The notes: generated by a model not told the origin, from the sequence alone. Counted from the first letter of the stretch, positions 25,698 through 34,019 are shown. The stretch is DNA of 64,000 bases from Candidatus Staskawiczbacteria bacterium (GCA_963761865.1 CAVXIE010000003.1:127960-191959); one strand, 5' to 3'. Program-made: numbers and translations.

Positions 25698-27708
25698 ATT
25701 GCTGAATATTTGTATTAACCCTGGATTTTTCTACCGCATCAGCCAAAAGCTGGCAGTATAAATTCAAGCCAATTTTATTAATGCTACCGGACTGTTCTTT
25801 CCCTAAAATGTTTCCGGCGCCGCGAAGCTCCAAGTCTTTTATGGCAATGTGGTATCCGGCTCCCAATTCTGTGGCCTCGCTTAATGCCTTTAATCGTTCT
25901 TTCGCCAATGGAGGTAATTTTTTCGGATAAAATAGATACGCGTAACTTTCTATAAATGACCTGCCGACTCGGCCTCTGATTTGGTATGCTTGAGCAAGTC
26001 CAAGTCGCGAAGCGTCTTCTATTATAATGGTATTTACTTTGGGCAAATCGATTCCGTTTTCTATAATCGTTGTAGCCACTAAAGTATTGGTAATTCCTTT
26101 TTGAAAATCATCCATAACTTTCATTATGTGTTTTTCATCCATCCGGCCGTGAATAGAAGAAATTTTTGCTTCGGGTAGAAACTTTTGCAGCTTTTCTTTT
26201 GTTTTATCCATTGTTTCAACTCGGTTGTGCAAAAAATATACCTGTCCGCCGCGTGCCAGTTCAAACTCCACAGCTTTTTTCAGGATATTTTTATTGTAGG
26301 GTAAAATATGCGTTTTGATGGCAGTTCTGCCCTTGGGCGGTGTTTGAATTAGGCTGATATTTTTAAACGACGAAAGCGCCAGGTAAATGGTGCGGGGAAT
26401 TGGAGTTGCCGATAAGCTTAAAATATCCAACGAGGGATTTTTTTGCCTTAGCTTTTCTTTTTGTTTTACGCCAAACCGCTGTTCATCATCAATAATTAAC
26501 AGCTGCAGATTTTTAAATTCAATGTCATTTGATAAAATTCTGTGCGTGCCGATCAAAATATCAACAGTTCCTTTTTTAACTTCTTCAATTATTTTTTTCT
26601 GTTCGGCTTTTGTTTGAAGGCGGCTAAGCAAAGCAATTTTAAACGGCAGATTTTCAAATCGCTTTTTAAAATTTTGAAAATGCTGGCTGGCCAAAATAGT
26701 GGTGGGGCAGATGACGGCGGTTTGACGGTTATTAACTCCCGCTAAGAATGCGGTTCGTATGGCAATTTCTGTTTTGCCAAAACCAACGTCGCCGCAGACA
26801 ATCCTGTCCATTGGCTTATCAATTTCCAGGTCCTTTTTGATATCTGACAAGGCTTGTAACTGGTCCGGAGTTTCTTGGAATAAGAACCCCGATTGCAGTT
26901 CTTTCTCCAAATCTTCATCATTAATATACGGCGCTCTTACGGTAATTTCTTTCTGGCTATATAACGCCAGCAATTCTTTCGCCAGCTTTTCAACATCTTC
27001 TTTAATTTTCCTTTTTGTATTTTGCCACAAGGCCGAACCCAGCCTTGAAACTACGGGATTTGAAAACCCTACATATCGTGAGAACTTCCGCTCCAATCCC
27101 ATCGGTACAAACAGCCGGTCATTTTGGGCGTATTCCAAAACATAAAACTCTGAAATTTTATTTTTTAACGCAGGGTTTGTTTTAAAGTCGGGGTTTTTGA
27201 TTTCCACTTTTTCTATTCCGATGAATTTGGCTACTCCGTGGTCTAGGTGCACTAAATAATCTCCTGGTTTTAAATTTTTTAAATCAGAAAATAATTTTTG
27301 CGATTTTAATTTTTTATTTAGTAATTCCTTTGATTTGTCTTCGTCTTCTATTTTTATGTCCAGCAATTCTATATTTTCAATTTTGTTTCCAAAAAAATCC
27401 AAACGCACGGCATTTTTCATATTTATGGGAAAAATTTCTATCACTCCGCCTTTTTGTGAAAATTCGCCGGGATCGGAAACCTTAAAAACTCTTTCGTATC
27501 CCATCTCGTCCATTTTTCTTAAAAACTCTGAGAACTGTATTGTCTCATTTTTTTTAAAAAATATAGTATTATCTTTGAAAAATGATTGGGTTTTAGCTGA
27601 GTTTAAAATTTCTTCCAGATTTTCTTGAAACCAAAAAACCTGCTTTTCCAAAAAGTAGGGGGTGATGCTTGCGATTAATAATTGGTCAAGATTATCGGTT
27701 ATATTCAT
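25696..27708 (-). CDS. mfd: Transcription-repair coupling factor, short form (RNAP-interaction/CarD-like domain plus SF2 translocase only)
   Basis: CarD-like segment PGDYLVHLDHGVAKFIGIE. Helicase motifs GDVGFGKTEIA, DEQRFGV and the QIRGRVGR region. At 670 aa it is far shorter than canonical Mfd proteins of more than 1000 aa. Confidence 0.85.
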   Translation of the reverse strand: MNITDNLDQLLIASITPYFLEKQVFWFQENLEEILNSAKTQSFFKDNTIFFKKNETIQFSEFLRKMDEMGYERVFKVSDPGEFSQKGGVIEIFPINMKNAVRLDFFGNKIENIELLDIKIEDEDKSKELLNKKLKSQKLFSDLKNLKPGDYLVHLDHGVAKFIGIEKVEIKNPDFKTNPALKNKISEFYVLEYAQNDRLFVPMGLERKFSRYVGFSNPVVSRLGSALWQNTKRKIKEDVEKLAKELLALYSQKEITVRAPYINDEDLEKELQSGFLFQETPDQLQALSDIKKDLEIDKPMDRIVCGDVGFGKTEIAIRTAFLAGVNNRQTAVICPTTILASQHFQNFKKRFENLPFKIALLSRLQTKAEQKKIIEEVKKGTVDILIGTHRILSNDIEFKNLQLLIIDDEQRFGVKQKEKLRQKNPSLDILSLSATPIPRTIYLALSSFKNISLIQTPPKGRTAIKTHILPYNKNILKKAVEFELARGGQVYFLHNRVETMDKTKEKLQKFLPEAKISSIHGRMDEKHIMKVMDDFQKGITNTLVATTIIENGIDLPKVNTIIIEDASRLGLAQAYQIRGRVGRSFIESYAYLFYPKKLPPLAKERLKALSEATELGAGYHIAIKDLELRGAGNILGKEQSGSINKIGLNLYCQLLADAVEKSRVNTNIQQ

Positions 27709-28249
27709 TCATTGCTTTTTCTATGCCTTCGCTGATTAACAGATACATGGCGCTTGCCGCCTTTTCAATGGTTTGGTTTAAAATTTCCTGTTCTTCTTTG
27801 GTAAATTTTTTAATGACAAATTTTTCAACGGCGGTTGGTTTTCCTTTTTCCGGACAAATGCCAATTTTCAATTGAATAAAGTGATTGTTTCCCAGTGCGT
27901 TGATGATTGAGTCTACTCCTTTATGTCCGCCAGCTCCGCTATCTTTTGAGATTTTTATTTTTCCCAATGGCAAATCAATATCATCGCGCACTACAACTAA
28001 GTCTTTTGCTTCTAAATTATGGTCTTTAATTATTCTGCCAACGGCGCGGCCGGATTCGTTCATAAATGTTTGGGGTTTTACCAAAAAAACTTCGCTATTT
28101 TCAGAAATCAGCGAATCATATTTTTTTGATAATTCAAAGTCAGGGAAACCATTCTTTACAGCAAAAAAATCAACTGCCATAAAACCTGCGTTGTGCCTGG
28201 TGCGTTTAAATTTTTCTCCTGGATTCCCCAATCCTATTATTACTATCAT
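27692..28249 (-). CDS. pth: Peptidyl-tRNA hydrolase
   Basis: MIVIIGLGNPGEKFKRTRHNAGF and DDIDLPLGKIKISKDSGAGGHKG. The start was trimmed to the Met that gives the canonical N-terminus. Overlaps mfd by 17 nt. Confidence 0.9.
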   Translation of the reverse strand: MIVIIGLGNPGEKFKRTRHNAGFMAVDFFAVKNGFPDFELSKKYDSLISENSEVFLVKPQTFMNESGRAVGRIIKDHNLEAKDLVVVRDDIDLPLGKIKISKDSGAGGHKGVDSIINALGNNHFIQLKIGICPEKGKPTAVEKFVIKKFTKEEQEILNQTIEKAASAMYLLISEGIEKAMNEYNR

Positions 28250-28442
28250 ATTAACAGTATACATCATTGACACAAATTTTTAAAGGTATATATTAAAAAG
28301 TGGTTAGTTGTTCTTTTTTTATTTTAAAAACAGAAAGGAGGGAACGTTTATAGGGGCTCGAATAGAGAAGGCAACGGTGATACCGAAGAGGCAAAGGTGT
28401 CTTGAAAATCCGACAATTTCTTAAGTGAAAAGGAAAAGGATT

Positions 28443-28679
28443 ATGTCGCGTCATCGTAAGTTGTTTCTGGATACCGTTCATGGGAATCTATCTATCGACC
28501 AGGAGAGGTTCCTGGGCAGATTTATGGACGACCACGAGAGCCAGAAGCTGAACGAAGATCTCTTTGAGGAGGCGCATCAAGCCTTGCGAGGTTATTCCGT
28601 CAGCAGGCTGGTGACACGGGGATCAGTTGCTAGGTTCTGCCGCTCCTATCGGCGCCATTCCGCAGATGTGATGGTTTGA
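28443..28679 (+). CDS. Hypothetical small basic protein (78 aa); coding status uncertain
   Basis: An ORF in the G+C-rich island with a weak SD (aaaagga) and its own terminator. I recognised no family. Several overlapping ORFs in other frames weaken the coding evidence. Confidence 0.35.
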   Translation: MSRHRKLFLDTVHGNLSIDQERFLGRFMDDHESQKLNEDLFEEAHQALRGYSVSRLVTRGSVARFCRSYRRHSADVMV

Positions 28680-28710
28680 CGGCGTGGTTTCTTTCTGTTT
28701 CTTTCCCAAT

Positions 28711-28746
28711 GGGTCGTAGTGCATGTTGCTACGGCCCAGTTTTTTT
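28711..28746 (+). terminator. Intrinsic terminator
   Basis: gggtcgtag-(9 nt)-ctacggccc (one G-U pair), then ag and a T7 run. Confidence 0.75.
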
Positions 28747-28774
28747 AAAAATATTGCATTATTCCGCTAAGGGG

Positions 28775-28802
28775 TTGACAACGTATTTTATAAATATATA
28801 CT
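28775..28802 (+). promoter_or_regulatory. Near-consensus sigma70 promoter (TTGACA-16-TATACT)
   Basis: TTGACA at 28775-28780 and TATACT at 28797-28802. It drives the G+C-rich 28.8-29.26 kb unit. Confidence 0.55.
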
Positions 28803-28895
28803 GTTAATTAGCACCTCTCCATTGCAGTCGCAGGAACAGAGAAGGGGCAGTTGTGTCGTTTCCGCAAGTTTCTCTTCTTGGACGAAAGGGTTACT

Positions 28896-29162
28896 ATGTC
28901 GAAGGAAGTTTCGTACACGGGTATTTGTCTGGCTTTCCGAGAGTGGGCCAAAAGAAAGGGGGCTAGCTACTTCAATGCTGGAAACCCCATTGACCATGCT
29001 CGGTCATTTCAGAAAGACACTGACCTGGAGATCTTGCCGTGTGTAGCCCACCGGCTGATTGCCCGCCTGGTGAGAAGTAGCCGTGTAAACGAAAACAAGA
29101 CAGAGGATGCAGGTTTTTATAACCTGCATCCGAGCTTGCGTGGTCGCGTACAATTTTGCTAA
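28896..29162 (+). CDS. Hypothetical small protein (88 aa); could instead be part of a structured RNA
   Basis: The ORF has a weak SD (gaaaggg). It contains a perfect 11-bp hairpin (29105-29131). ORFs overlap it in four other frames or strands. I recognised no family. Confidence 0.3.
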   Translation: MSKEVSYTGICLAFREWAKRKGASYFNAGNPIDHARSFQKDTDLEILPCVAHRLIARLVRSSRVNENKTEDAGFYNLHPSLRGRVQFC

Positions 29163-29220
29163 GCGGAAATCTCCGCTGGCACTTCATCAATTCTCCGCGG
29201 CTTCAATACATCCGCTCGCA

Positions 29221-29263
29221 AAGGGTCGTTGCTTCAATCGAAGCCACGACCCTTATCTTTTTT
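29221..29263 (+). terminator. Intrinsic terminator closing the G+C-rich island
   Basis: aagggtcgt..(gcttc-aatc-gaagc)..acgaccctt followed by tatctttttt. Confidence 0.75.
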
Positions 29264-29317
29264 ATACGGCAGAAATGGCACTTGCAATTAGGTAAAAAGT
29301 ATGATAAAACAGTATAT

Positions 29318-29929
29318 ATGACAGATAATCAAAACATTACACCGGAAGTGAAAAATATTCCGAATAACGAAAAGCAAGAAGGTAAGATTAAAAAATATTT
29401 TTTAATTGCCTGGGAATTTATTAAAATTATCGTTATTGCGCTGATTATTGTAATACCTATCAGGTATTTTATTTTTCAGCCGTTTATTGTCAAAGGAGAT
29501 TCAATGATTCCCAATTTCCATGATGGAGATTATTTGATTGTTGATGAGATTTCTTATAAATTTAGAGGTATTCAACGAGGAGATGTGATTGTTTTAAAAT
29601 ATCCATTAGATACCACTCAAAGATTTATCAAAAGAGTTATCGGTTTGCCGGGAGAAACGGTTGATATCAATAACGGAAAAGTTAGTATTACAAAAGACGG
29701 TAAAGTGTTAAACCTTAATGAAACATATTTGCCAAAAAATTTGGCAACACAAGGGAGTATCCATATCACATTGCCGGCAAATAAGTATTTTGTGATGGGA
29801 GATAATAGGCAATTTTCTTATGATTCAAGAATGTGGGGAATTTTGCCCGGAGAAGATATTATCGGTAGAGCATTAATCAGGGTGTTTCCTATAACGGATA
29901 CAGCATATATTAGTGAGCCAAGTTACTAA
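29318..29929 (+). CDS. lepB: Signal peptidase I
   Basis: TM segment then VKGDSMIPNFHDGDYLIV (catalytic Ser box), RGDVIVLKYP, FIKRVIGLPGE and GDNRQFSYDSR. The start was trimmed from 29156, which would read through the upstream terminator. Confidence 0.9.
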   Translation: MTDNQNITPEVKNIPNNEKQEGKIKKYFLIAWEFIKIIVIALIIVIPIRYFIFQPFIVKGDSMIPNFHDGDYLIVDEISYKFRGIQRGDVIVLKYPLDTTQRFIKRVIGLPGETVDINNGKVSITKDGKVLNLNETYLPKNLATQGSIHITLPANKYFVMGDNRQFSYDSRMWGILPGEDIIGRALIRVFPITDTAYISEPSY

Positions 29930-29930
29930 A

Positions 29931-30006
29931 TTAGCTTTAAGCTTTTAGGTGTTAGCTTTTAGAACGACTTACTAAAACCTAAAAGCTATAACCTAAAACC
30001 TAAAAA
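29931..30006 (+). repeat. Palindromic heptad element: left arm of TTAGSTT/TTAGGTG heptads, right arm of CTAAAAC/CTAAAAG heptads
   Basis: The left arm is ttagctt/taagctt/ttaggtg/ttagctt/ttag. The centre is aacgactta. The right arm is ctaaaac/ctaaaag/ctataac/ctaaaac/ctaaaaa. The core arms pair 15/17. The element fills the lepB-hisS spacer and ends 1 nt before the hisS ATG. Confidence 0.85.
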
Positions 30007-30007
30007 A

Positions 30008-31331
30008 ATGGCGACAAAAACAAAATTACAAACATTAAGCGGGATGCACGACATATTGCCTCAAGACCAGGCGTATGTTAAAAAGATTCAAAAATCGGTT
30101 GAAAACATTGCTAACTATTACAGTTTTCAAAGAATTGATGTGCCTATTTTGGAATTTGCCGAAGTGTTTATTAAGGGCACAGGGCAATCCACCGATATTG
30201 TTGAAAAAGAAATGTATACCTTCAGAACCAAGGGAGGCGACATGGTTTCATTGCGCCCTGAATTTACTGCCGGTATTGTCAGAAGCTATATAGAACACGG
30301 AATGTATAACTTGCCTCAGCCGGTAAAATTGTGGACTGTCGGGCCGTTATTTAGACACGAGAGATCTCAGGCCGGCAGATATAGGCAGTTTAATCAGTTT
30401 AATTTTGAGGCGCTGGGAGATAAAAGTCCGTCAATTGACGGGCAGATTATCCAGATGAGTTATGATATTTTGAAAGACTTGGGTTTTAAAAATATTAACA
30501 TTGAAGTAAACAGCATTGGAGATTCTGAATGCAGGCCGTATTTTAAAAAAATATTGGCAAGCTATTTTAAGTCAAATAAATCAGCATTGTGCTTGGATTG
30601 CCAAAGAAGACTGAAAGAAAATCCGTTAAGAATTTTAGACTGCAAAGATGAAAAGTGCCAGAGAGTAAAAGCCGGCGCTCCGCAAATTATTGATCATTTA
30701 TGTGAAGCCTGCCATGCTCACTTTAAACAGGTGCTGGAGTTCCTAGATGAACTGGAATTGCCTTACACATTAAATCCTTATTTGGTCAGGGGTTTTGATT
30801 ATTATACAAAAACCGTATTTGAAATTGTGGAAAAAACCGAAGACGGCGAAAGTCAGGGTTCATTGGTTGGCGGGGGCAGATATGACGGCCTGGTAAAATT
30901 ATTGGGAGGCAGAGATACTCCGGCATTTGGAGCCGCCGGTGGAATTGAACGCATTATGAATGTAATGAAAGCTAAGGATATAAAAAATAACGTAAAACCG
31001 GAAAAAATTTCATTTGCCAATGTCAAGAGAAAAAAAACAGGTTCCACCGCAGATATTTTTAGCTCAGCTTGGACAGTTGGCAAAAAGAAAAAGCATGAAA
31101 CTATTTGAGGAATTCCGAGATGCTAAAATTCCGGTGGCAGAATCATTTTCAAAAGATTCGTTGCGGGCTCAGCTAAAAGCCGCTGATAAAATGGGAATAC
31201 AATGGGTGTTAATTTTTGGACAAAAGGAGGCGCTTGAAGATTTTATCACTTTGCGCGATATGGAAACCGGAGTTCAAAAAGAAATACCACTGGACAAGGT
31301 CGTAGAAGAAATGAGGACTAAAATTAAATAA
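30008..31331 (+). pseudogene. hisS: Histidine--tRNA ligase, reading frame broken by one extra A in an A8 run (31030-31037)
   Basis: The catalytic core is intact in 30008..31108 (MHDILPQD, RPEFTAGIVR, GGGRYDGL, GGIERI). The anticodon-binding domain (QIFLAQLGQLAKRKSMKLFEE...) continues in the +1 frame (31014..31331). With A7 the frame would be continuous. The cause is either an assembly indel or real. Confidence 0.85.
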
Positions 31332-31404
31332 TTAGGTGTTAGCTTCTAGGTGTTAGCTCTTAGTAGTTGCTATAACCTAAAACCTATAAGCTATAAGCTG
31401 AAAA
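31332..31404 (+). repeat. Palindromic heptad element (same family as 29931-30006)
   Basis: The left arm is ttaggtg/ttagctt/ctaggtg/ttagctc/ttagtag. The right arm is ctataac/ctaaaac/ctataag/ctataag/ctgaaaa. It fills the hisS-rpsU spacer and ends 2 nt before the ATG. Confidence 0.85.
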
Positions 31405-31406
31405 TA

Positions 31407-31622
31407 ATGTTAGAAGTAAGAAAAAAAGACAGGGAAAGCTCTCAAAATTTGGTTCAGCGTTTTACTAAAACTGTCAGGCAATCTGGGGTTCTGCTTGAAG
31501 TCAGATCCAAGCAGTTTAAAAAGAGGGCAAAGTCAATTTTAGTGAAGAAAAGATCGGCTTTAAGAAGAGTTGAGATGAAAGCCGCTAAAATAATTGCCGA
31601 AAAATTGGCAAAACCAAAATAG
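31407..31622 (+). CDS. rpsU: 30S ribosomal protein bS21
   Basis: A 71-aa basic protein, MLEVRKKDRESSQNLVQRFTKTVRQSGVLLEVRSKQFKKRAKS..., with the typical S21 pattern. The start was trimmed from 31350, which lies in the repeat element. Confidence 0.8.
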   Translation: MLEVRKKDRESSQNLVQRFTKTVRQSGVLLEVRSKQFKKRAKSILVKKRSALRRVEMKAAKIIAEKLAKPK

Positions 31623-31638
31623 ATATAGTTGTTATTGG

Positions 31639-31664
31639 AAAACCCGCCTTCTGGCGGGTTTTCG
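31639..31664 (+). terminator. Intrinsic terminator after rpsU
   Basis: aacccgcc-ttct-ggcgggtt followed by ttcg (short T tract). Confidence 0.6.
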
Positions 31665-31731
31665 ATTAAATGATGGAATTGGCTAAGTTTACATAGTATA
31701 ATAAATCAATGTATTAATTATAAAAAATAAA

Positions 31732-32229
31732 ATGTTAAAACAAAAAATACAAAGTGATACTACCGATGCGTTAAAGCGAGGCAATCAAGAAGTTTTGGGC
31801 GTCTTGCGCATGGCGATTTCGGCAATCAATTCAAAGGAAAAAGAAAAGAGGTACAAGGTTTCAAAGGAAAATCCTGGAATAAAGGATGAAGAGTTAGTAA
31901 AAAATTCGACATTAAGCGATGAAGAAGTGATTGGTGTTTTATCTTCTGAAGTTAAAAAAAGAAGAGATGCGATTGTGTTATATGAAAAAGGCAACCGTCC
32001 GGAGCTGGCGGAAAATGAAAAAAAAGAAATTACTGTTTTGCAAAAATATTTGCCCGAGCAATTATCGGGCGAAGAATTGAAAAAAATAATCCAAGAATCA
32101 ATTGCAAAAACTGGAGCCAAAGAAATAAAAGATATGGGAAAAGTTATGGCGGACGTTGCGCCAAAAGTAAAAGGAAAGGCCGAAGGTTCAGAAATAAGTA
32201 GAATCGTAAAAGAGCTATTAAATAAATAA
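31732..32229 (+). CDS. GatB/YqeY domain-containing protein
   Basis: MLKQKIQSDTTDALKRGNQEVLGVLRMAISAI...EKKEITVLQKYLPEQLS matches the YqeY family pattern. Confidence 0.8.
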   Translation: MLKQKIQSDTTDALKRGNQEVLGVLRMAISAINSKEKEKRYKVSKENPGIKDEELVKNSTLSDEEVIGVLSSEVKKRRDAIVLYEKGNRPELAENEKKEITVLQKYLPEQLSGEELKKIIQESIAKTGAKEIKDMGKVMADVAPKVKGKAEGSEISRIVKELLNK

Positions 32230-32237
32230 TCAGATCT

Positions 32238-32678
32238 ATGGATTATTATGCTTCAGTGTTAAAAAAATACGCTACATTTAGTGGAAGAGCAACCAGAGAA
32301 GAGTTTTGGACATGGTATGTTGCCAATTTAATAATAAACCTTGTGCTGGCTGCGCCATTGTTGGCACCGGTTCTTAGCCTTATGATTAGGGGAGATATGG
32401 GGATATTTAGTTTTATTGAGTCTTACTCTTCTTTTTCAATACCTTTATTAGTGCTATATAACCTGTTTATAATTTTGCCGTCGATTTCTGTGATGGTTCG
32501 AAGGCTTCACGATACCGGTCGTAGCGGAGGATGGGTTTTCATTAACTTCGTTCCATATATTGGCGGATTGATACTTTTGATTCTTTTAACGTATGGCAGC
32601 TATCCTGGAGAAAATAAATATGGTCCAAATCCTAGGGGAGTAAACAATAATTCCGGGCCATCGCATGGGATTGTCTAA
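32238..32678 (+). CDS. DUF805 family membrane protein
   Basis: GRATREEFWTWYV near the N-terminus and RRLHDTGRSGGW are the DUF805 hallmarks. Confidence 0.8.
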   Translation: MDYYASVLKKYATFSGRATREEFWTWYVANLIINLVLAAPLLAPVLSLMIRGDMGIFSFIESYSSFSIPLLVLYNLFIILPSISVMVRRLHDTGRSGGWVFINFVPYIGGLILLILLTYGSYPGENKYGPNPRGVNNNSGPSHGIV

Positions 32679-32719
32679 TATATTAATCTTTAAAAAATAT
32701 AATTAATTTAATAAATACT

Positions 32720-33463
32720 ATGATAGATTTTGCAAGATTGAAAAAGTTTTTTATCTGGGATTTTATAGGGAGTTTTATTGTGGCGGCATTAGTTGCTGTA
32801 GTTAATGTTCTCGTCGGTCATTCTACAGAAATTACTGTAAGAATTTACGAGACGCTTTTTATGGTTGTGTTGCATTCGCTCGTGAGCTTGGCATTCATTT
32901 GGGATGATTCTAAGCATAATACGTTTACTAAATTTTCGCTTTTTATAAATACCATATTTTTGCTTATTGTAGCGAGTTTTATAGCTTCTTTATTTGGTAT
33001 TTGGAAAATTTTCCCAATCGAAACCATCGGACATATCTATGGAACATTTTTCTATATCGGCTTTGCGGCGCTTCATTTGGATATTTTGACCAAAGCTTTG
33101 GGCAAGAAAAATTATATGGATATAGTTATTTACATCAATGGTGCATTCATAGGTATAGTGGTTATAATGTTGCAACCTACTTTTTATATTGGCAATGCAA
33201 CGACAGTATTAGGAGAAATGTATTATAGATTTTTAGCGGCAGCCGGGATAATTGATGGTACTTTAAGCATATTAACTATTATTTTCTATAAACTTTATTT
33301 GCATGAACACCCTGAGGTACAAGATGTTTTGCAAGATAATGTTGCTTTAAGAGAAGGGCAGTCGCCAAGAGAAGGGCTGAGTATCTGGGTTTGGATATTG
33401 CTGATTATTCTATTTTTCTATATGCTGGGAATGGTAAGTCGTTTATTTAGAGGGGGATATTAG
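32720..33463 (+). CDS. Polytopic membrane protein, function unknown
   Basis: A 247-aa ORF with about 7 hydrophobic segments. I recognised no family. Confidence 0.5.
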   Translation: MIDFARLKKFFIWDFIGSFIVAALVAVVNVLVGHSTEITVRIYETLFMVVLHSLVSLAFIWDDSKHNTFTKFSLFINTIFLLIVASFIASLFGIWKIFPIETIGHIYGTFFYIGFAALHLDILTKALGKKNYMDIVIYINGAFIGIVVIMLQPTFYIGNATTVLGEMYYRFLAAAGIIDGTLSILTIIFYKLYLHEHPEVQDVLQDNVALREGQSPREGLSIWVWILLIILFFYMLGMVSRLFRGGY

Positions 33464-33480
33464 TATAAATGACGATAATA

Positions 33481-33523
33481 AAACAAAACACTGTTCCAAT
33501 ACGTGGAACAGTGTTTTGTTTTA
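33481..33523 (+). terminator. Intrinsic terminator (long perfect hairpin)
   Basis: aaaacaaaacactgttcca-atacg-tggaacagtgttttgtttt. Confidence 0.8.
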
Positions 33524-33561
33524 TTATGGTAATTAGTGTAAAATAGACAAATAAATCAACA

Positions 33562-33972
33562 ATGATCGAGATAAATAATCTTACCAATTTTGCTGTGGAT
33601 AAAAAGTTTTTCACAGGGGTTGCAAAAAAAGTATTAAAAGGCGAAAATAGAGTAACGGAAAATATATCTATCGCTTTTGTCAGTCCTGAAGAAATTCACG
33701 GGCTAAATAAAAAATATAGAAAAAAGGATAAGCCCACAGATGTCCTCAGTTTTGAAAAAGTTTCTGACTTTAAAGATGAGTTGGCAGAGATTATTATCTG
33801 CCCCTGGGTAGTAAGAGATAATGCAAAAGAATCAAAGCTGACCCTAAAAAAAGAATTGGCAAAGACGCTAATTCATGGGCTATTGCATGTACTGGGATAC
33901 GACCACGAAATTTCCAAAGCGGAAGAAGATAGGATGATTGAAAAACAGGATTATTATTTTTCGAAAATCTGA
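33562..33972 (+). CDS. ybeY: rRNA maturation endoribonuclease YbeY
   Basis: Zinc motif HGLLHVLGYDH and the upstream DKPTDVLSF. Confidence 0.9.
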   Translation: MIEINNLTNFAVDKKFFTGVAKKVLKGENRVTENISIAFVSPEEIHGLNKKYRKKDKPTDVLSFEKVSDFKDELAEIIICPWVVRDNAKESKLTLKKELAKTLIHGLLHVLGYDHEISKAEEDRMIEKQDYYFSKI

Positions 33973-33989
33973 AGTTTAAACTCATTATC

Positions 33990-34017
33990 ATTAGAAATTA
34001 GAAATTAAAAATTTGTA
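33990..34017 (+). repeat. Heptad tract (attagaa/attagaa/attaaaa/atttgta) directly upstream of the ftsA start
   Basis: Read directly from the sequence. It ends 2 nt before the ATG at 34020. The complementary word taatttctaattt occurs at about 1190-1205. Confidence 0.6.
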
Positions 34018-34019
34018 CT

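Noticed and set aside
28340-28420. Glycine-riboswitch-like core (ACCGAAGAGGCAA at about 28382-28394, with GGAGGG upstream)
   Set aside because: Only one short conserved-looking string is present. The flanking P1/P3 pairings and the CUC.GGCAAAAGGAC-type segment are not convincingly there, and the downstream ORF has no link to glycine metabolism. Resemblance alone is insufficient.
28290-29263. RNase P RNA, tmRNA, SRP RNA or 6S RNA in the G+C-rich pth-lepB island
   Set aside because: On neither strand could I find the conserved P4 strings (GGAAAGUCC / ACAGAAnnCGGCUUA), a tRNA-like T-arm with a 3' CCA end plus a tag ORF, or the SRP GGAA/AGCA domain IV motif. Partial resemblances (cggaaagcc, acagaaaga) are in the wrong context. 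The question remains open pending covariance-model searches.
29156-29317. A 54-codon N-terminal extension of lepB from the track start at 29156
   Set aside because: The extension would read through the island's intrinsic terminator (29221-29263) and is G+C-rich non-homologous sequence. The Met at 29318 gives a normal signal peptidase I N-terminus.
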